Shown piece after piece: positions 13,012 to 27,543 of a stretch of DNA of 64,000 nt. The notes beneath the pieces are model-generated. The model was not told the DNA's origin, did no database searches, and saw nothing but the letters and a program-made list of their open reading frames with translations. The position numbers and the translations under genes are program-made. The stretch is from the NCBI GenBank assembly GCA_043228905.1, contig JBHGNT010000003.1, positions 248,001 to 312,000 of the forward strand. Direction: 5' to 3'. Source of the DNA: Azolla caroliniana. Lineage: Eukaryota > Plantae > Polypodiophyta. Positions within the stretch are counted from its first letter, which is position 1; the number at the start of each line of letters is the position of its first letter.

Positions 13012-13869
13012 CTCTATGAGATGTCCAAAATTTTCTCTTCATTGTATAGGGGTTTAGGGTTTTGGCAATTATTCATTTGTTATGTTTGCCAAACATTTTT
13101 GGGAACTCTCTTCTTCGTCCAAGCCATTGGTTGGAGCTGAATAGCATCACCAACAAGGTGGATCAAGCTCCAATAGCTCCAATAAACAAGGGTCACACTC
13201 GTTATTTGTGCGTGTGTGTGCACTAGCAAGTGCGGCTCAAAGAAACATTTTTACAATCAATATTATATTCTTTAACATCTACTTGGGATTTTGCACGTTT
13301 AAATGGGACAGGAACCACATATTCGATCCCATTAATCTCCGAGTAAATGATTATTTATGGTCTACACTCAGCTAAAACAACATGGTGGAGTTAGTTGCAC
13401 TCTTTCCTACCTCTAATTCATGGTTCCATCACCCAACCCACTTATTTGACACCTTAGACGGATAAACTTGGTTAGAAGAGAATTAAAAATTGCGCCACCT
13501 TTCGTTCTAGTGTGCTGCTTATTTTTGGATTCTTCATTTATAAAGAGAAAAGCAACAAGAAGGGAGTGTGTCAGAATGCATAAACATAAGAAAGGCTGAT
13601 TAAGAATAGTAAGGAGTAAATGTAATATAAGATGGACATCAATATGGATGCTATGCATGCTGCTTGCACTGCATTGCATCAATATGTATATGTCCGCCCG
13701 TCCATTCACTCTCTTTTTTTTAAAACTTTGACATATGTATACATATGTAGTATCAAGGAGGAGTGGAGCGTGTGTCTTTTCTTTTCTTTCTAGAAAATAT
13801 AAAGGGCATTCATTAGTAATAAGTAATGTATGTATCACACTCCCAATTGACAATCAATAATGATATATA

Positions 13870-15621
13870 TCATTGGGAGGTGGCCGGATCTTCCCCACTA
13901 TAATCATCATCATCATCATCATCAACTTCTTCTTCTTCTTGCTCATGCTGGAACTGGCCAGGCGAGCCCAACGACATCTGCTCCTGTTGCTGCATTGCTG
14001 TGTTCCCAACAACCTCATATGATGATGATGATGATGATCCTGCGTTCAGCATGACCAGCTGTTGATCCTGTTGTCGTAAGACCATAGATACATATGGCAG
14101 GCTGAGAGGAGCGGCCCCCGCCCCACCATATCCTTGAGCTGCCCTCAATGTCTCAGGAAGCATCGACATCATTGAAGTGCAAGATGATCTCCTTGGTTGA
14201 ATATCATCATCATCTCCTTTTGCGGCCCTGGAGGACATTGGAACAGTACCCCCATTATATGGTAAGGCCCACACTTGATGTTCATGCGAAGCAATTCCTG
14301 AGCTGGCAGAAGAAGGAGTCATTGTCGTTGGGAACATCCAGAAAGCTCCTGGCGATGGCGATGGACAGTTGCTAACCATACCTGCAGGAGGTGGTGGTGG
14401 TGCTACAGCCCACATGGCGTTCGAATGGCACTCCGCTGTGCTTTCACCACCACCACCATCACGGAATGCACCTGCAGCAGCAGCACCCACTCTCTTCTTG
14501 GAGGTTTCCACTAACATTGGATTCGACAAATGCTGATCAGATTGCACCTCCCTAGCCTTATTGAGATGATCATCCGGCAGTGACATTGGTCGCATCCTCT
14601 TCCTAATGTTGTGATCGCCGACATGATGAGAATCCATGGAAGCTTCCCTCACTGGATGGGATCTCGCATCCACCGCATTGCGGTCACGAAATGATCCATC
14701 TCGACCACGCGGATTGATAACTTGAACCCCGCAAGCTGAGCTTGTAGGTCCCATATGTAATACCATAGTGTCGTCATGGTGGTATTGATGTGTGTGGTTC
14801 CATGGGGAAAAGGATCCATTCACATTGATACTGCTTGTACCTTGGCCTCCTCCAAATGCAGATGTAGATGTAGATGTAGATGCAGGTGCAAGTGCAGATG
14901 GCAGCGACATCGTCTTAGGCTTATGGTGATATTGCAGCTTGGAAGAGATGCTGGCATTAGACATGGCACGAGTGGAGGCGCTGGAGGTCTGGAAAGAGGC
15001 AGGTGTAGTGCCCGATCCAGTGGCCGCTATCACTGCCGTTTCCGCATGATGCAGAAGCCATTCCACTGTCTCCCCATCGGATTTATGGCCCAGTTCACGC
15101 GTGAGCTGGAAAATGCGGGCAGCACAGGCGGCAGGCATCCGTATCCGGCGCCCCCTCCCGTCTACCTTGGTGTGCCGGTCCTTCGTACAGCTCCTCTTCA
15201 ATACGCTACTCGCATTTCCATTTGCATTATTACCACCAGCGCTAGCAGTGCCTTGAGGAGGAGGGAGCTTGAGTATTAGCTGGTGTTCCTCCAGATTTAG
15301 CTGATGAGACCACTTTGCTGCGCTATTGATCAAGTCATTGGGTAGTGCTGCTGATGAGGATGGCGATGATGATGATAGCATTACTCCTCCATTGATGCTG
15401 GGGGTGGAACCAATATTACTGAATATAGTGTGCTTATAAGGCGTAGCAATGTAGTTGCTGTTTAAGGTGGACATGGCTAGAGATGCATCCACTTGTGAAG
15501 GAGTGGAAGGAGCAATGATGTTCGTATTACCTCCAGTTTGAGCCATGGATATATTGGACAAAGCTGATCCTCTGGTATGAAGAAGAAGAAGGGGAGTGTG
15601 TGGCTTAATATGGTCCTCCAT
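13870..15621 (-). CDS. TCP: Class I (PCF-like) TCP transcription factor, intronless, 583 aa
   Basis: [55 protein letters not shown] is the class I TCP domain. Confidence 0.95.
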   Translation of the reverse strand: MEDHIKPHTPLLLLHTRGSALSNISMAQTGGNTNIIAPSTPSQVDASLAMSTLNSNYIATPYKHTIFSNIGSTPSINGGVMLSSSSPSSSAALPNDLINSAAKWSHQLNLEEHQLILKLPPPQGTASAGGNNANGNASSVLKRSCTKDRHTKVDGRGRRIRMPAACAARIFQLTRELGHKSDGETVEWLLHHAETAVIAATGSGTTPASFQTSSASTRAMSNASISSKLQYHHKPKTMSLPSALAPASTSTSTSAFGGGQGTSSINVNGSFSPWNHTHQYHHDDTMVLHMGPTSSACGVQVINPRGRDGSFRDRNAVDARSHPVREASMDSHHVGDHNIRKRMRPMSLPDDHLNKAREVQSDQHLSNPMLVETSKKRVGAAAAGAFRDGGGGESTAECHSNAMWAVAPPPPPAGMVSNCPSPSPGAFWMFPTTMTPSSASSGIASHEHQVWALPYNGGTVPMSSRAAKGDDDDIQPRRSSCTSMMSMLPETLRAAQGYGGAGAAPLSLPYVSMVLRQQDQQLVMLNAGSSSSSSYEVVGNTAMQQQEQMSLGSPGQFQHEQEEEEVDDDDDDDYSGEDPATSQ

Positions 15622-15911
15622 CAGATATTGTGGTGGCAGAGAGCCTTACTGATGTAAATGAAGAAGACCTTGGAAAAGTGATCGATAGGAAGAAGAGAAG
15701 AGATGAAATGAGATGGCTGGCAGCAAGCAAGCAAGCAAGAGAGATGAATGGAACGAAAGGAAGTGCAGGTTTCTATTTCTTGTAGTCAGGGATGAAGCAG
15801 GAAAAGGAAAAAAGAAGACGTTGTTGCTGTATGTATTAATAATGGATGTGGTAAAGACCGGAACATTTACTGCTGTAATACCCACATACTGATATATACA
15901 TAGAAACAAAC

Positions 15912-15943
<32 letters not shown>

Positions 15944-17491
15944 TTGTTTCTGTTATGGTTTTGTATGAGATGATGTGTGTACAGTGGATGTATGTATGTA
16001 GGTGATGGTGATATGAGTCAGGTAAGAAAAGGAGGAGGAGGCATGGATTTTATCTATATATGCAATAATAAGAATAAAAATATACACTCTGTTTTATATG
16101 ATGATGACTGACGATGGTGATGATGAGCCATCCATGGAGGGAGCGTAGTACGTGGGGGATATTGGCCATTCATTACAACAACGAATCATCTTCAAACGAA
16201 TAATCTAAAAAAAGCCCGTGTCTCTGCTGAGTCTTGTGTCTCTGTGCGCCTGTTGTGTCCTGCTGTCTTTATCCTCCTCCGGGGCCTGGGCTATACATAG
16301 TAGTAGACTGTAGTAGTAGTAGTAGATGACTAACTAGTACTACAGTAGTAGTGGTAGGAGTAGTGTTCTTAGGAATATGTATCACTCACTCACTCACCCA
16401 CTCGTGTGTGTGTCTTATGTATACATATGTGTATAGAGATTGATTTCCACGGGAACCCACTAGGCTCCCCCCCTCGATAGAGAGAAACACAATGGTTGCT
16501 CCCTTTACTAGGGGGGCAAATGAAACCATCTTTTCGACGATATGCCCACTGGAGCTCAAAGTATGTCATATTGTACAACACTTGAAGAACTTTTGGCCTA
16601 GTGTGCACTTTGTGTGTCGAAAGATTTGGGCGTTAGAGTTTAGTCATCTTCCCATTAAGAACATTGACTGAATTAACATCTTCATTTGGCTGACCAATTC
16701 TCCCCTCGGGGCAAATATCGTTTGAACTTTGTACAATAGAGGCCCGTAAACAAATATGGACACAAATGTGGTTTGTCCTTTGCAAGAATTCCCATGCTTT
16801 GTTTGAACCTTATATTATAGAGAGGCTTAACATACTTGAAAGGACTTCAAGAAATGTAGTACTACTTCCTTGACCAAAAATTAATATCTTGCGGCTTGGC
16901 ATATTTTTTGTGTCCCGATATTTTAGGAAGATTCTTTTTATTTTATGTCCATTGGTCAATTGGCACCAGCCCCGACACTTAGCTACATGACCAAATTATT
17001 TATTTAGATCATATTGTCTAAGGGCCACGACCTACAATTATAAATGCTCTCGAAGGAGCCAACAAACTAGCTTCGTCATTACCATTTGTATGTAGTTTGT
17101 TTTAATTTTCTTTGTAGTTGTATGAACGATTAATGTCACCAATAAAGACCTTCTTTTCACAAGAGCTCAAATCATAACCTAAGTATGTAGTACTTTCTGA
17201 CTCATTAAGACTACCACCATTTGGAATGGAGATGATATTGTTACATGATACATCTAAGATTGGAATATAAATGTTGAGTGCCATCACATGAGGTACACAC
17301 ATGTATGGAGTAGAGTTGGATAAGCATTTCACGTATGATCAATCATAAGCATCAATTGTTGTATCAAATAATGGTTTTTTTGGGGGGATTCTTTTTTTTC
17401 CATGTTTTGCATTTTGTATTTTTTACCAAAAAAACACTACTTCACATTAGTTCGCAAACATGTATTGCATTTTAATGTGACGTCTTGCCTA

Positions 17492-18787
17492 GAAACCTAA
17501 TTCTAGTTTACTTTAAGACTTTAAAAGATCTTACGAGTGTTACTTCTAATGGCAAAGCATGTAGACAAGAATAAACTTAGTGATTCCTTGGATATGTCTA
17601 CAAATAATAACCAAATAAACCTTGATTCTCAACGTTTGATAGAACCTTGAGAAACCATGACATGCCATTCATGAAATATGTATGATAAACCAATGGTTGG
17701 CTGATTGACAAACTTAATGTAAACCAATAATGTGGGCCCATTTACACTCGTTGGCTGATTGACAAACTTAATGTAAACCAATAATATAGGTTCATTTACA
17801 CGCACTCATTTATGGATGGAAAGAAATGTATTCAAGATCATCAATGAATAAGAACTTTCAAAGTAGAAACATAATTTTTTTGTATAGCATTGGCTAATCT
17901 CCTTTTCAGCAATCTTATCCTTGTAGGGTCTACCACATTATTCATATTGAACTATTTAGTGGCCCTTTACAATCATGGACATACATTACGCGTGTTAACA
18001 ATTTAAACAAGCCATCACATTCGCTTGTAAAACTCACACAACAAGCACTCATTTAGATTCTAGATGGAATTTGAGGATATGTCAAAGCAATAAGCATATG
18101 AGTAATAATTTTAACTTGGAAAATATTCTCGTCTCAATAGATCAAAAGTTAAAACCTTATAAAGTCTCATTGTGTACACCTCATTCATTGTTTCTTGTGT
18201 TCTTTGATCCATTGATGCTTATTACTACTTCAAAGTTCAAACCATATAGTGTGGTACCTCATAGTATTAATGAACAAAGGTTCTCTAATAACACATGTTT
18301 TCAAGAATGAAGTGGGAACCTAGTTTTGGTTGACTCTTAAAACTTCAAAGAACTTACACGTGTTGCTTCTAATGGCAAAAGCATGTGAAAAAGAATAAAC
18401 TTAGTGATTCCTTGGATATATCCATACTAATAATAACCAAATAAGCCTTGATTGTCAACATCTCATAAAATCATGAGAAACTATGGCATATTGCATATGA
18501 AATATGTATGATAAACAGATGGTTGGCTGGTTGACGAACTTAATAGAAGCTATTAACATAGCTCATATACACTCACTCATTTATGGATGGAAAGAAAAGT
18601 GATCAAGCTCGCCCGTAAATAAGAACTTTCAAAGCAAAATGTTTTTAATAGCATTGGCTTTACTCATTTTCAACAATTTTATCCTTGTAGGGTCTACCAC
18701 ATTATTCATATTGCACTATTTGGTGGTCTTTTATAATCATACACTTAAATTACGCGTGCTAGCGACTTAAACAAACCATCACATTTA
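17492..18787. repeat. Diverged direct repeat pair (~17492-18022 and ~18315-18787)
   Basis: Shared blocks such as TTCTAATGGCAAA, GAATAAACTTAGTGATTCCTTGGATAT and TATCCTTGTAGGGTCTACCACATTATTCATATTG. Confidence 0.85.
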
Positions 18788-19019
18788 AGAACTTATGGTT
18801 GTAATGTGGCTCAATTTGGTGAATATGGATGTGTATAAAAACCTTTGCATAAAATCTTGCTATGTGAAGCCCTCACAGAACTTATATTTAAAGCCAAAAC
18901 ACTCAAGATGACCTCGTTCAGCCCAACTCCATAAGAACACAGTACATGATTACTTAAAGTAGGTATCGACTATAATATTGGAGTGACTATATTTTTCCAC
19001 ATACTGTAATGAGCTTCGA

Positions 19020-19965
19020 GAGAGAAATAAAACAATATACGATAGGTTTCCTATAGGTTGAATTTATTGACAAGAAGTTGTATCGATCATGTATTTTGTG
19101 TGACTAGATTGAAGTACAAATTACTAGATAAAGGTTGCTTATGGATGGTGTTGTTGAATTGGAAAGTCCATTTGTAGTTAGTTGATCAAGTGCCACATCA
19201 CATCCTTGACATTGGATGGAAGAAATTGAGTGCCACCATCAAATTTTTTTGTCTTGAAAAGGTTCTCCTCTCTCCGAAGCTACTTGGGAATCAGAGACTT
19301 AGTTTCAAAAGTGCTATAGGCATAACCCTACATACCAATCGGATTAAGGGTACTGAAATTAGGCATAAAATTGGCCCATGAAGTCATGCCTATAACAAGA
19401 AGCAATTTTCAAACTTGATCATCGAGGATGAGGACTACTCTCCTTCAAGGGAGGGATAGTATGTCATAAACAAAAGTGTCATGGGACCATTCGAAATGTC
19501 CCTAGGTGTGGGCGTGGACATGTTGTGTGGACAAGGGGGTAGATATGCACAATGGCCCTTGTCCATTGGGGGGGGGGGGGGGGGTCTACATAAAGACATG
19601 TCATATGGTTAGGAGGACATGCCATAGAACTCATGCATTCGACACCTTTGTCCTCAAATGCATTGTGAACATTTATTTAAAGAGTTACTACTTGAGGCTC
19701 CCAAGGCTCCGCAACCCCCCAAGTGTCAAAGGTCTCGATCTTCTGAGATAAAAGCAAAATCGAAAACTTTTGCAAATTGTTTATTTTGACTATTATCTAC
19801 GTTGGTTTTGCATGTTGCATAGCACCACAACAAACTGCTTGAATATCTACTTCCACGTTGAGCTCCATCCATGGTGTGAATTAATTTTAGAGGGGAGCGA
19901 GTCAAAAGAGGCATTGCCAAGGTAAATGAGTTACTGTTGGACTTGTGCCATCGTTTATCCTTCAC
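19020..19965 (+). mobile_element. Degenerate gypsy 3' end with PPT and LTR start (TGTCATAA at 19462)
   Basis: ...IEDED... followed by AAGGGAGGGATAGTA|TG, the same layout as 470-491. The LTR end is uncertain. Confidence 0.4.
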
Positions 19966-20917
19966 GAATCCTCTCTAATTACATATGATGAGAACTGATA
20001 AGTTTGCGAATAATCACCAATTTTGCTGTTGGATGTGGCTTTAGAAATAGAAATGCATAGCTAATGAACTAAGTACTATCATGGGAAGTTCAAAAGCACT
20101 CTGGCACGCAAGTTAAAAATGTGTTTTGACACTACTAGACGCATCCATATGCGTGGTTTTTATCAATCAATGCGGCTTTGTAAACTCTTCACGGCTATTG
20201 CATAATATAATACAGATCGGTTAAGGTATTCAGATTGGCGTGGTTCGGCGCGGCATGGGTTTGATTAGGGATGCCCTCACTAGGTGAGAGGAGTCATTCA
20301 TTGCCAAGGTAAAATGAAGTGTGTTGCTAGGAGGAGCTGGCTAGATATGATGTGTAAAACAAGGAAATTAGACAGACATTTGATTTGAGACTCACCACGC
20401 AATTGATTGTGCTTCTTGCAAAAAGGTTTATTAATGAACTCAGACTCTGAGCAGACATATTACGCTCTAATCATCACGTATATGTATAGTGTATACGTGT
20501 GCAGGCAAAAGAGTTAGTTCAATGGTAATTACAACAGGTACACGAATTAATTGACTATTGCAAATGGTGTACAATGTGAAGTTGAATTATAAATTCCATT
20601 GTTAGGAGGAGCAATGGTGTTTTTCACGGAAGAGATGAGCTGTGACCTCTTTGCTGGTTTCTTCAAAATGAGCACCCAATTGTTGTTAGTCATAATTAAG
20701 GGGGGGCGGGGGGGATGGGTCGTGCCTATGCCAGTGTGGACTGACTTGACTCCCTTGGATGCCTAAGTCTGCAAATGTCAATGGATTAGTTTGCTTGCTA
20801 CATCGTCTGTCGCCTGCATATCTCATTTCTAGGTAATGACTTGCCCATTGATTTGAGGCTATGTCGCGGGGGCGGGGAGAGTGGAGTGGAGTGGAGTGGG
20901 AGTGGTGTGTTGATGAT

Positions 20918-21856
20918 TTACCAGTGGACCCACAGAGAAGGCACATGGAAATCATCGTCCGGGAGAGGAGAAGCAGAAGCAGAAGCAGAAGCAGAAGGGT
21001 GTTGCACAAACTGATCATCCTGTTGTGAGAAGATGGTCTCCCAATCAATCAAGCCACTGGCAATGGCATTCAAAAGATCAGCAGGGTGCTGCTGCTGATA
21101 ATGGTGACAGCCCTCCTGGGGTGGGCTGTCACAGAAGGGGGAGGAGGCAGGAGAAGGAAGCAGCAGCAGCGCGCATTGAGTAGGAAAATGTTGGTGTTGA
21201 GATTGGAACTCGAACTGGGAGGAGGAGTGAGAGGGAGAGGGAGAGGGAGAAGGAGAAGGAGAGGGGTAATGGGTATGGTGGTAAGAAGAGAAGGAATAGG
21301 AAGGGGAGGAAGGGGATTGGTATGAGGAGGAGGAGGAGGAGGAGGAGGAGGGGGAGTCTGAGAGAGGGGGAGGGGCATTTAAAGCTGAAGGGGACTGCAG
21401 TGGCGGCAGAACAGGGGAGGCGGAGGCGGCCTTTTCTTCTTTGTCTTCTTCTTGTTGGGTATGGGATTGATAAGAAGGAAAGGCGGAGGAGGTGGGCGGG
21501 GGTGAGGGTGGAGGTGGAGGGAAGCAGCCGAGGGGGACAGCGACAGCAGCTGCGGCTGCGACGGCCAGCTCCTGGATCTTGTGGGTGGGGAGACCCAAGG
21601 GGGCATACGCAGGCGGCGAGTCCGGGAAATTGAGCGTGGCGGAGGGGCCACGCAGGCATGTCACCGCCACGTCGTACGCTCTGGCCGCCTGCTCCGCCGT
21701 TAAGAAAGAGCCGAGCCACAGCCGTGTTCTGGTGTTGGGCAGCCGAATCTCAGATACCCACTTCCCCCACGACCTCATCCGTACGCCCTTGAATAGCTTC
21801 TTCTTCTGCTCCCCTCCTGTTTTCTGTTGGTACGCTCGCTGTCCTTTAGCCACCAT
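20918..21856 (-). CDS. AP2/ERF transcription factor, DREB subfamily (group II / A-5-like), intronless, 312 aa
   Basis: [49 protein letters not shown] with V14/E19; IQ.LA.AAA motif after the domain; C-terminal LW motif. Confidence 0.93.
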   Translation of the reverse strand: MVAKGQRAYQQKTGGEQKKKLFKGVRMRSWGKWVSEIRLPNTRTRLWLGSFLTAEQAARAYDVAVTCLRGPSATLNFPDSPPAYAPLGLPTHKIQELAVAAAAAVAVPLGCFPPPPPSPPPTSSAFPSYQSHTQQEEDKEEKAASASPVLPPLQSPSALNAPPPLSDSPSSSSSSSSSYQSPSSPSYSFSSYHHTHYPSPSPSPSPSPSHSSSQFEFQSQHQHFPTQCALLLLPSPASSPFCDSPPQEGCHHYQQQHPADLLNAIASGLIDWETIFSQQDDQFVQHPSASASASASPLPDDDFHVPSLWVHW

Positions 21857-22747
21857 CTTCTTCTTCTTCTTCTCCTTCCTTAATAATAATAATAATTCGC
21901 GATTGATCCGATACGGTCGATGAATGAATGGATCCTCAATTAACTGACTCTAGTGAGAGTGGTGGGAGTGGAGAAAGTACTCGGTAGGTAGGTAGTGAGA
22001 CAGATTTGGGGGGAGGATCGGGGACGGATTGTAGAGCCACCTGGTTGGAGTGGATGATGATGATCGACGTATATATATATATATATACATACATACATAT
22101 GTATTGATATACATAATATGCATATATGTATAGACAGTGAGTAAGTGATAATGAGAAGAAGAAGAAGAAGAAGAAGAAGAAGCGCAAAAAGAGAGAAGAG
22201 TGTGGGGGCGGGGAAGGTTTAGGGTCGTTGTCAGAGCTCCCTCCATACGAGATGAGATGGTTCTCCTTTACCTTTTCAGTGTTCACAATTCGTCACAGAT
22301 GATGGAGGAGGAGGAGGATGATACCCCCTCCCCTCCCCACCCCACCCCTCTCTCTCTGTCTGTCTCTGTGTGCTTCTTTCTGTCCATGATCCAAGCCAAT
22401 CCAATCAATCCATCCATTTACGGCCCTGTTCTGTGAACGAAAGAAAGAAAGGAAGGAAGAAATGGGCCATCCCCCCCCACCTCGGGCCACCTCTTTTCTC
22501 TGCTTCTTTTTGTCCTCAACACAGAGCAGAGAGAACAGAGTTAGAGACATCTGCTTTTGTTCTCTGTCGTTTTGTGTATGTGTGTGTGACGTGTCTCTGT
22601 GTCTGTCTGGATGTCCTCATTTATCATCATCCATCATAAATGATATACATATGTACATAATACATGCATACATAATTTAGCACCATGTGTTAATAATGGG
22701 TCACATCCAAAGTGCACCCTTCCTTCCTTTTAGCACCCACATGCATC

Positions 22748-22763
22748 CTCTCTCTCTCTTTCT

Positions 22764-22836
<73 letters not shown>
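22748..22836. repeat. (TC)n(CA)n compound microsatellite
   Basis: Directly visible; similar tracts near 4815-4847, 5003-5037, 9416-9450, 24929-24965 and 25635-25713. Confidence 0.95.
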
Positions 22837-22837
<1 letters not shown>

Positions 22838-24926
22838 CTCTATCTATCTCTGGCATTTTCATCGCGACCATCATTGCGGGTTTTGTCATGTACCCTCTAA
22901 TCTTATTGAGACATGTGACCTTTTGCATTCATATACATCTTCCATGTTTTCTCACGGATCGATTACAAACACATATGTAAGCTGTGAATTGTCCGTAATG
23001 AGCACAAAATGAAGTTCCAATCGATGCTCTAATATTATATTGTGCACATGCCAGCGTGCAAAATACACACATCCCCTTTGCAATCTTTTTTGAGACTACA
23101 ATAGAAATGATGGTGTACATTAAAACACAAACATGAATGCATTTATATTTTGCTTTCAATGAAGTAGAGGGAAATTTCGGCCCAAGAGCTCATGTTACAT
23201 GTATTATTATGTTCCAATTTATAATAAACATAACCTTTGTCTCATGGTTTTATAACTTGAAGAGCCATCATATCCATACGCTTTCTCGCTTTCTTGTATC
23301 AAATATGTGCTTTCGGGATTCCCCGACCCAACCTAAACCCTAAATTAAACTTATCAGCCACCATATCCTATGCAACATTTTGATACTCTTATAATGAAAG
23401 CAAACAGTTCTAGGACAAAACCAAATTTTTTACTAGTGACTAGACCCCCCTAGGACAAATTAATGATCGAGAACATGGATGTCTTGTTGGTAAATGTGTG
23501 TTCTGTTTAGGTGTGCATACCTTGATACGTGAGTGCTTTGTGGAGTATGTTCACTTCAATACAACATGACAAGAATTGAACTTCACATTTATGCCATCTA
23601 TGTGACATGTAAACCACGAAGTCAAAGAAAGATTGTGTTAGTGAACAACAAGGGTTTAATAGGATTTAAGATCAATTTATGCTAAAAACGAAACTTTCAC
23701 TATTCGTGTACCAAGAAAGGGTAGCATAATAAGCTATGAGTTAAATTCATAATTGTCATTAACAAGCCTCCAACAAGTTAAATGCATGTTTTGTGTCTTG
23801 ATTTGTGGCATCTTGATTTACTACAATTAGTCAAACTTGAAACCTTCAAAATGTGAAAGGCATTTTGTTCATTCTAGTGTGAAATTCCTAAAATTCATTG
23901 TAGCGATTTACCACTGTAATTTAAATGCTAAACCTCTTGAACTCCATTCTAGCGTGCAATGGTCTTCGACCTACTGAATATCACTGCGAATTATGTATGA
24001 CTTAATAAGTGTCTATACTTTTAGTGCATGTCCTCACCAAGACTAATAAAAATCCTTGACCCCCTTTTCGTACAATGGTGATTACCCACAACTTGCAAAA
24101 GTAGACATGTGCAATGTAGGTTGCATGGGGAGAGTTTTGAGCAATTTAAATTAGGACATGAAACTCCCCCATTGTGTAACACTGGTTGTGAAAATGTATT
24201 TTGACAAAATTGTTGGAGTGAGAAATAACAACGTGATCATTGTGTGTATTAGGTCAATCCCACTAGCATCGTCTTTCTTTATTTCCATTACTTAGTTTGT
24301 GAATACTCAATTAGAGTATCCATATTTTAAGGAGAAACCACGGATTTGGATGGACTTTGCAAATAACTAAAATGTAGTGCGATTCACAATTACCAATTGA
24401 GACATGGATTACGACTTAATTAAATACTAGGATATAATATCACAATCAATCTTTTTCGCCAATTTGAACCATACCCATAAAACTTGCACTTTACGTCATG
24501 AATGAATGATAAAAGCACATGTGCATAAATAAAAGGCGCAACTCTGCATGAACTAGCCATTTTGGAAAATTAATCACAAATCATATTACAGGAAAAGAGG
24601 ATGTTGTACGTAAGAACATTGAAGGATGTCATTTTCACCCCTTTTATATGTATTGGTAAATTTAGCAATTGTTTTTTGAGGAGAATGCATATTACATCAC
24701 AAGTGATAAATGCAAGAACCGATTGGGCCAAAATGGACATGTACAAACGACTTTGGACAATCCATCTATTCTATGCCACAAAAAGGTTTTGGTGTGGTTA
24801 GGATTTAAATGTTTTGGAATAAAGTCTTTGATTATTGAGCCAATTATATATGGTCTAAGATTGCAAACGACTTCAACATCCAAAATTCAACCTTCATTCA
24901 TTGTGCATGTGCACATGGGAGCACAC

Positions 24927-24968
<42 letters not shown>

Positions 24969-25632
24969 CTTTAAATTGGACATGCACATAAATATTCTCT
25001 TTACTTAATCATTGACCTTGAGGAGATTAATGAGTTGCATGTGACTTTGTTGTAACATTGTTCTTCATCCCATAAGTTATGTTAAGTTATGTTATTGGCC
25101 TCCCAAGGACAAAAATGCATCATCCTCTATTTTGAAAAGAGAACCATAATCATATCTACGGAGTCCACACCATTGATTATCTAGGGGACAAACCCCTTAT
25201 ATGTTGAGGGTCCATTGCACAACACACATTCGAATCAAACATTTTGATAAGTCTCATAAGGCTTTCATTTTCCCTAATTGCCACTGGACTGCCTTTCAAG
25301 TTGATCCCCAACATGGTCTCTACTCCATTTTATAGATCATTTTATTATGGAACGTTGACATGGTAAATGAACAACCAATGCTATCTTGATGCTAGAAGGG
25401 GCATCCTATACCTTAATTGCCAATGTACTGTCTTTCAAGTCGATCCCCAACATGGTCTCTACTCCAATTTATAGATCATTTTATTATGGACTATCGAGAA
25501 CACATGGGCTCAACTTCCTTTAATAGATCATATTTAGTCTTTCATGGACCCTAAAGTTAGGTTGAGTGTCATGCATATTTTCTTAATTGACTAGATGCAT
25601 GACCTTCTAGTTGATGCTTCAACTGGACAACT

Positions 25633-25717
<85 letters not shown>

Positions 25718-25849
25718 CGTAAATGTATGTTTATATTAAAACAACATGATAATACAAAAAAACCTTGCTATCAAAACTACGTCAAAGGTAGTGATGTGGC
25801 AAGGACAACCTTCTAAGGTGCTGCAATACAAAGCGACACAAATGAGTTG

Positions 25850-26132
25850 CATCTCTCTCTCTCTCTCTCTTGTAAGTTGTTACACTACATGTGTCTTGGG
25901 TTCAAAACCCAATTTCCCGACCTTTCTAATATACATCATACATATCTCTTAATTCACTAGATGCCAATGTGGAATGTAGGGGTTGAACCCATCTCTCTCT
26001 CTCTCTCTCTTGTAAGTTGTTACACTACATGTGTCTTGGGTTCAAAACCCAATTTCCCGACCTTTCTAATATACATCATACATATCTCTTAATTCACTAG
26101 ATGCCAATGTGGAATGTAGGGGTTGAACCCAT
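25850..26132. repeat. 140-bp tandem duplication of a partial SINE-like unit
   Basis: 25850-25989 is repeated at 25990-26129. Confidence 0.9.
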
Positions 26133-26226
26133 GACCTCCTGGTCTCCATTGGGATAACACGCATGCAGGCACACACACGCATACATACACACACACTCTC
26201 TTTTATTTGTTTATTTATTTATCGTA

Positions 26227-26426
26227 ATTAGCTTACCCTAGTGGTAAGTCGATAACACTACAAGCATTGTGTCTTGGGTTCGAAACCCAATTTCCTCATC
26301 TCTCTATTATATACTTCATATATATCTCTATTTCACTAGATGCCACTATGGAATGTCGGGGTTGAACCCATGACCACCTGGTCTCCATTGGGCAATCTTA
26401 CCAACTAAGCTACATCCATTTGGGCT

Positions 26427-26428
<2 letters not shown>
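26227..26428. mobile_element. tRNA-derived SINE-like unit with two convergent Pol III A/B-box heads
   Basis: Plus strand: TACCCTAGTGG (26234-26244) and TTGGG-TTCGAAA-CCCAA (26274-26290). Minus strand: TAGCTTAGTTGG (26412-26401) and GGTTCAACCCC (26368-26358). Confidence 0.6.
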
Positions 26429-26457
<29 letters not shown>

Positions 26458-27101
26458 CACTCACTCACTCACTCTCTCGAAAATGGGAAGCTTTTAAGAA
26501 AGTCATTCTCTCATGAGCAAACGAACGTTTTTCGACCAAGCACACATCTTGGAAATGCATCAAAAAATGTAGTTCAAAGAAAAAATGGTTTGATAAAGAA
26601 TGTCATGAAGCTCGAACGCGCCTTATGATTTTGGATGTAGTTAAGGATAAGGAAAATGATCAAAAGCATTTGCATGAGTACAAAAGGCTTATTCAAAGAA
26701 AGAGAAGAATATGGGAAGTTACTCAACAATTTCTCCAAACATTGTCGTGAAGATTTTCGGCAATAGTGTGAAAATCCTATAAAACATACGAAATCGAGTA
26801 TGAATCACGTAGTACAATAATTGTGAAGATAACATTTTAAATAAATTTAATATCTGAGTACAAAATGATGGAGGTTTCGAATGCACTTTATTACACGAGA
26901 AATGGACAACTAAATGTCAAGATATGAGGGTATAAAGTTTGTAAAAGGAAAGGAGAAAATTGTGAGATATCCCACATAGGCACGACAAATACAACTCTCA
27001 TCATATATAAGGTGGAGCAAAAGATATTACCTTTGTGTCTATGTGTGGAGCATAGAGAGTTCAAGGTAACTTGAACTAAGAGTGGAGGTGGGCTAGCTAC
27101 T

Positions 27102-27543
27102 CGTAAAGGGTTTTGGCCAACCAAAACCGGACCGACGATGGAGCCGATGATCCGGCGGCATCCGGTGAGGCACCGGTAACCGCCGGATGCACCAACGACA
27201 TCCGGTGAACTGGCGTCCGACGACTAAATATATAAATATATATACATATTTACATATACAAGGAGGGCAAGTAAGGATTCGAACCTTGCACCTCCAAGTT
27301 AGGAGTCAAATGGCTTACCATTAAGCGTAAAGGGTTTTGGCCAACCAAAACCGGACCGGCGATGGAGCCGATGATCCGGCGGCATCCGGCGAGGCACCGG
27401 TAACCGTCGGATGCACCGACAGCATCCGGCGACTAGATAGATAAATATATAAATATATATACATATTTACATATACAAGGAGGGCAAGTAAGGATTCGAA
27501 CCTTGCACCTCCAAGTTAGGAGTCAAATGGCTTACCATTAAGC
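27102..27543. repeat. ~224-bp tandem duplication within the solo LTR, each copy with a minus-strand tRNA-like segment
   Basis: CGTAAAGGGTTTTGGCCAACCAAAACCGGACCG...TTACCATTAAGC occurs twice. Confidence 0.9.
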
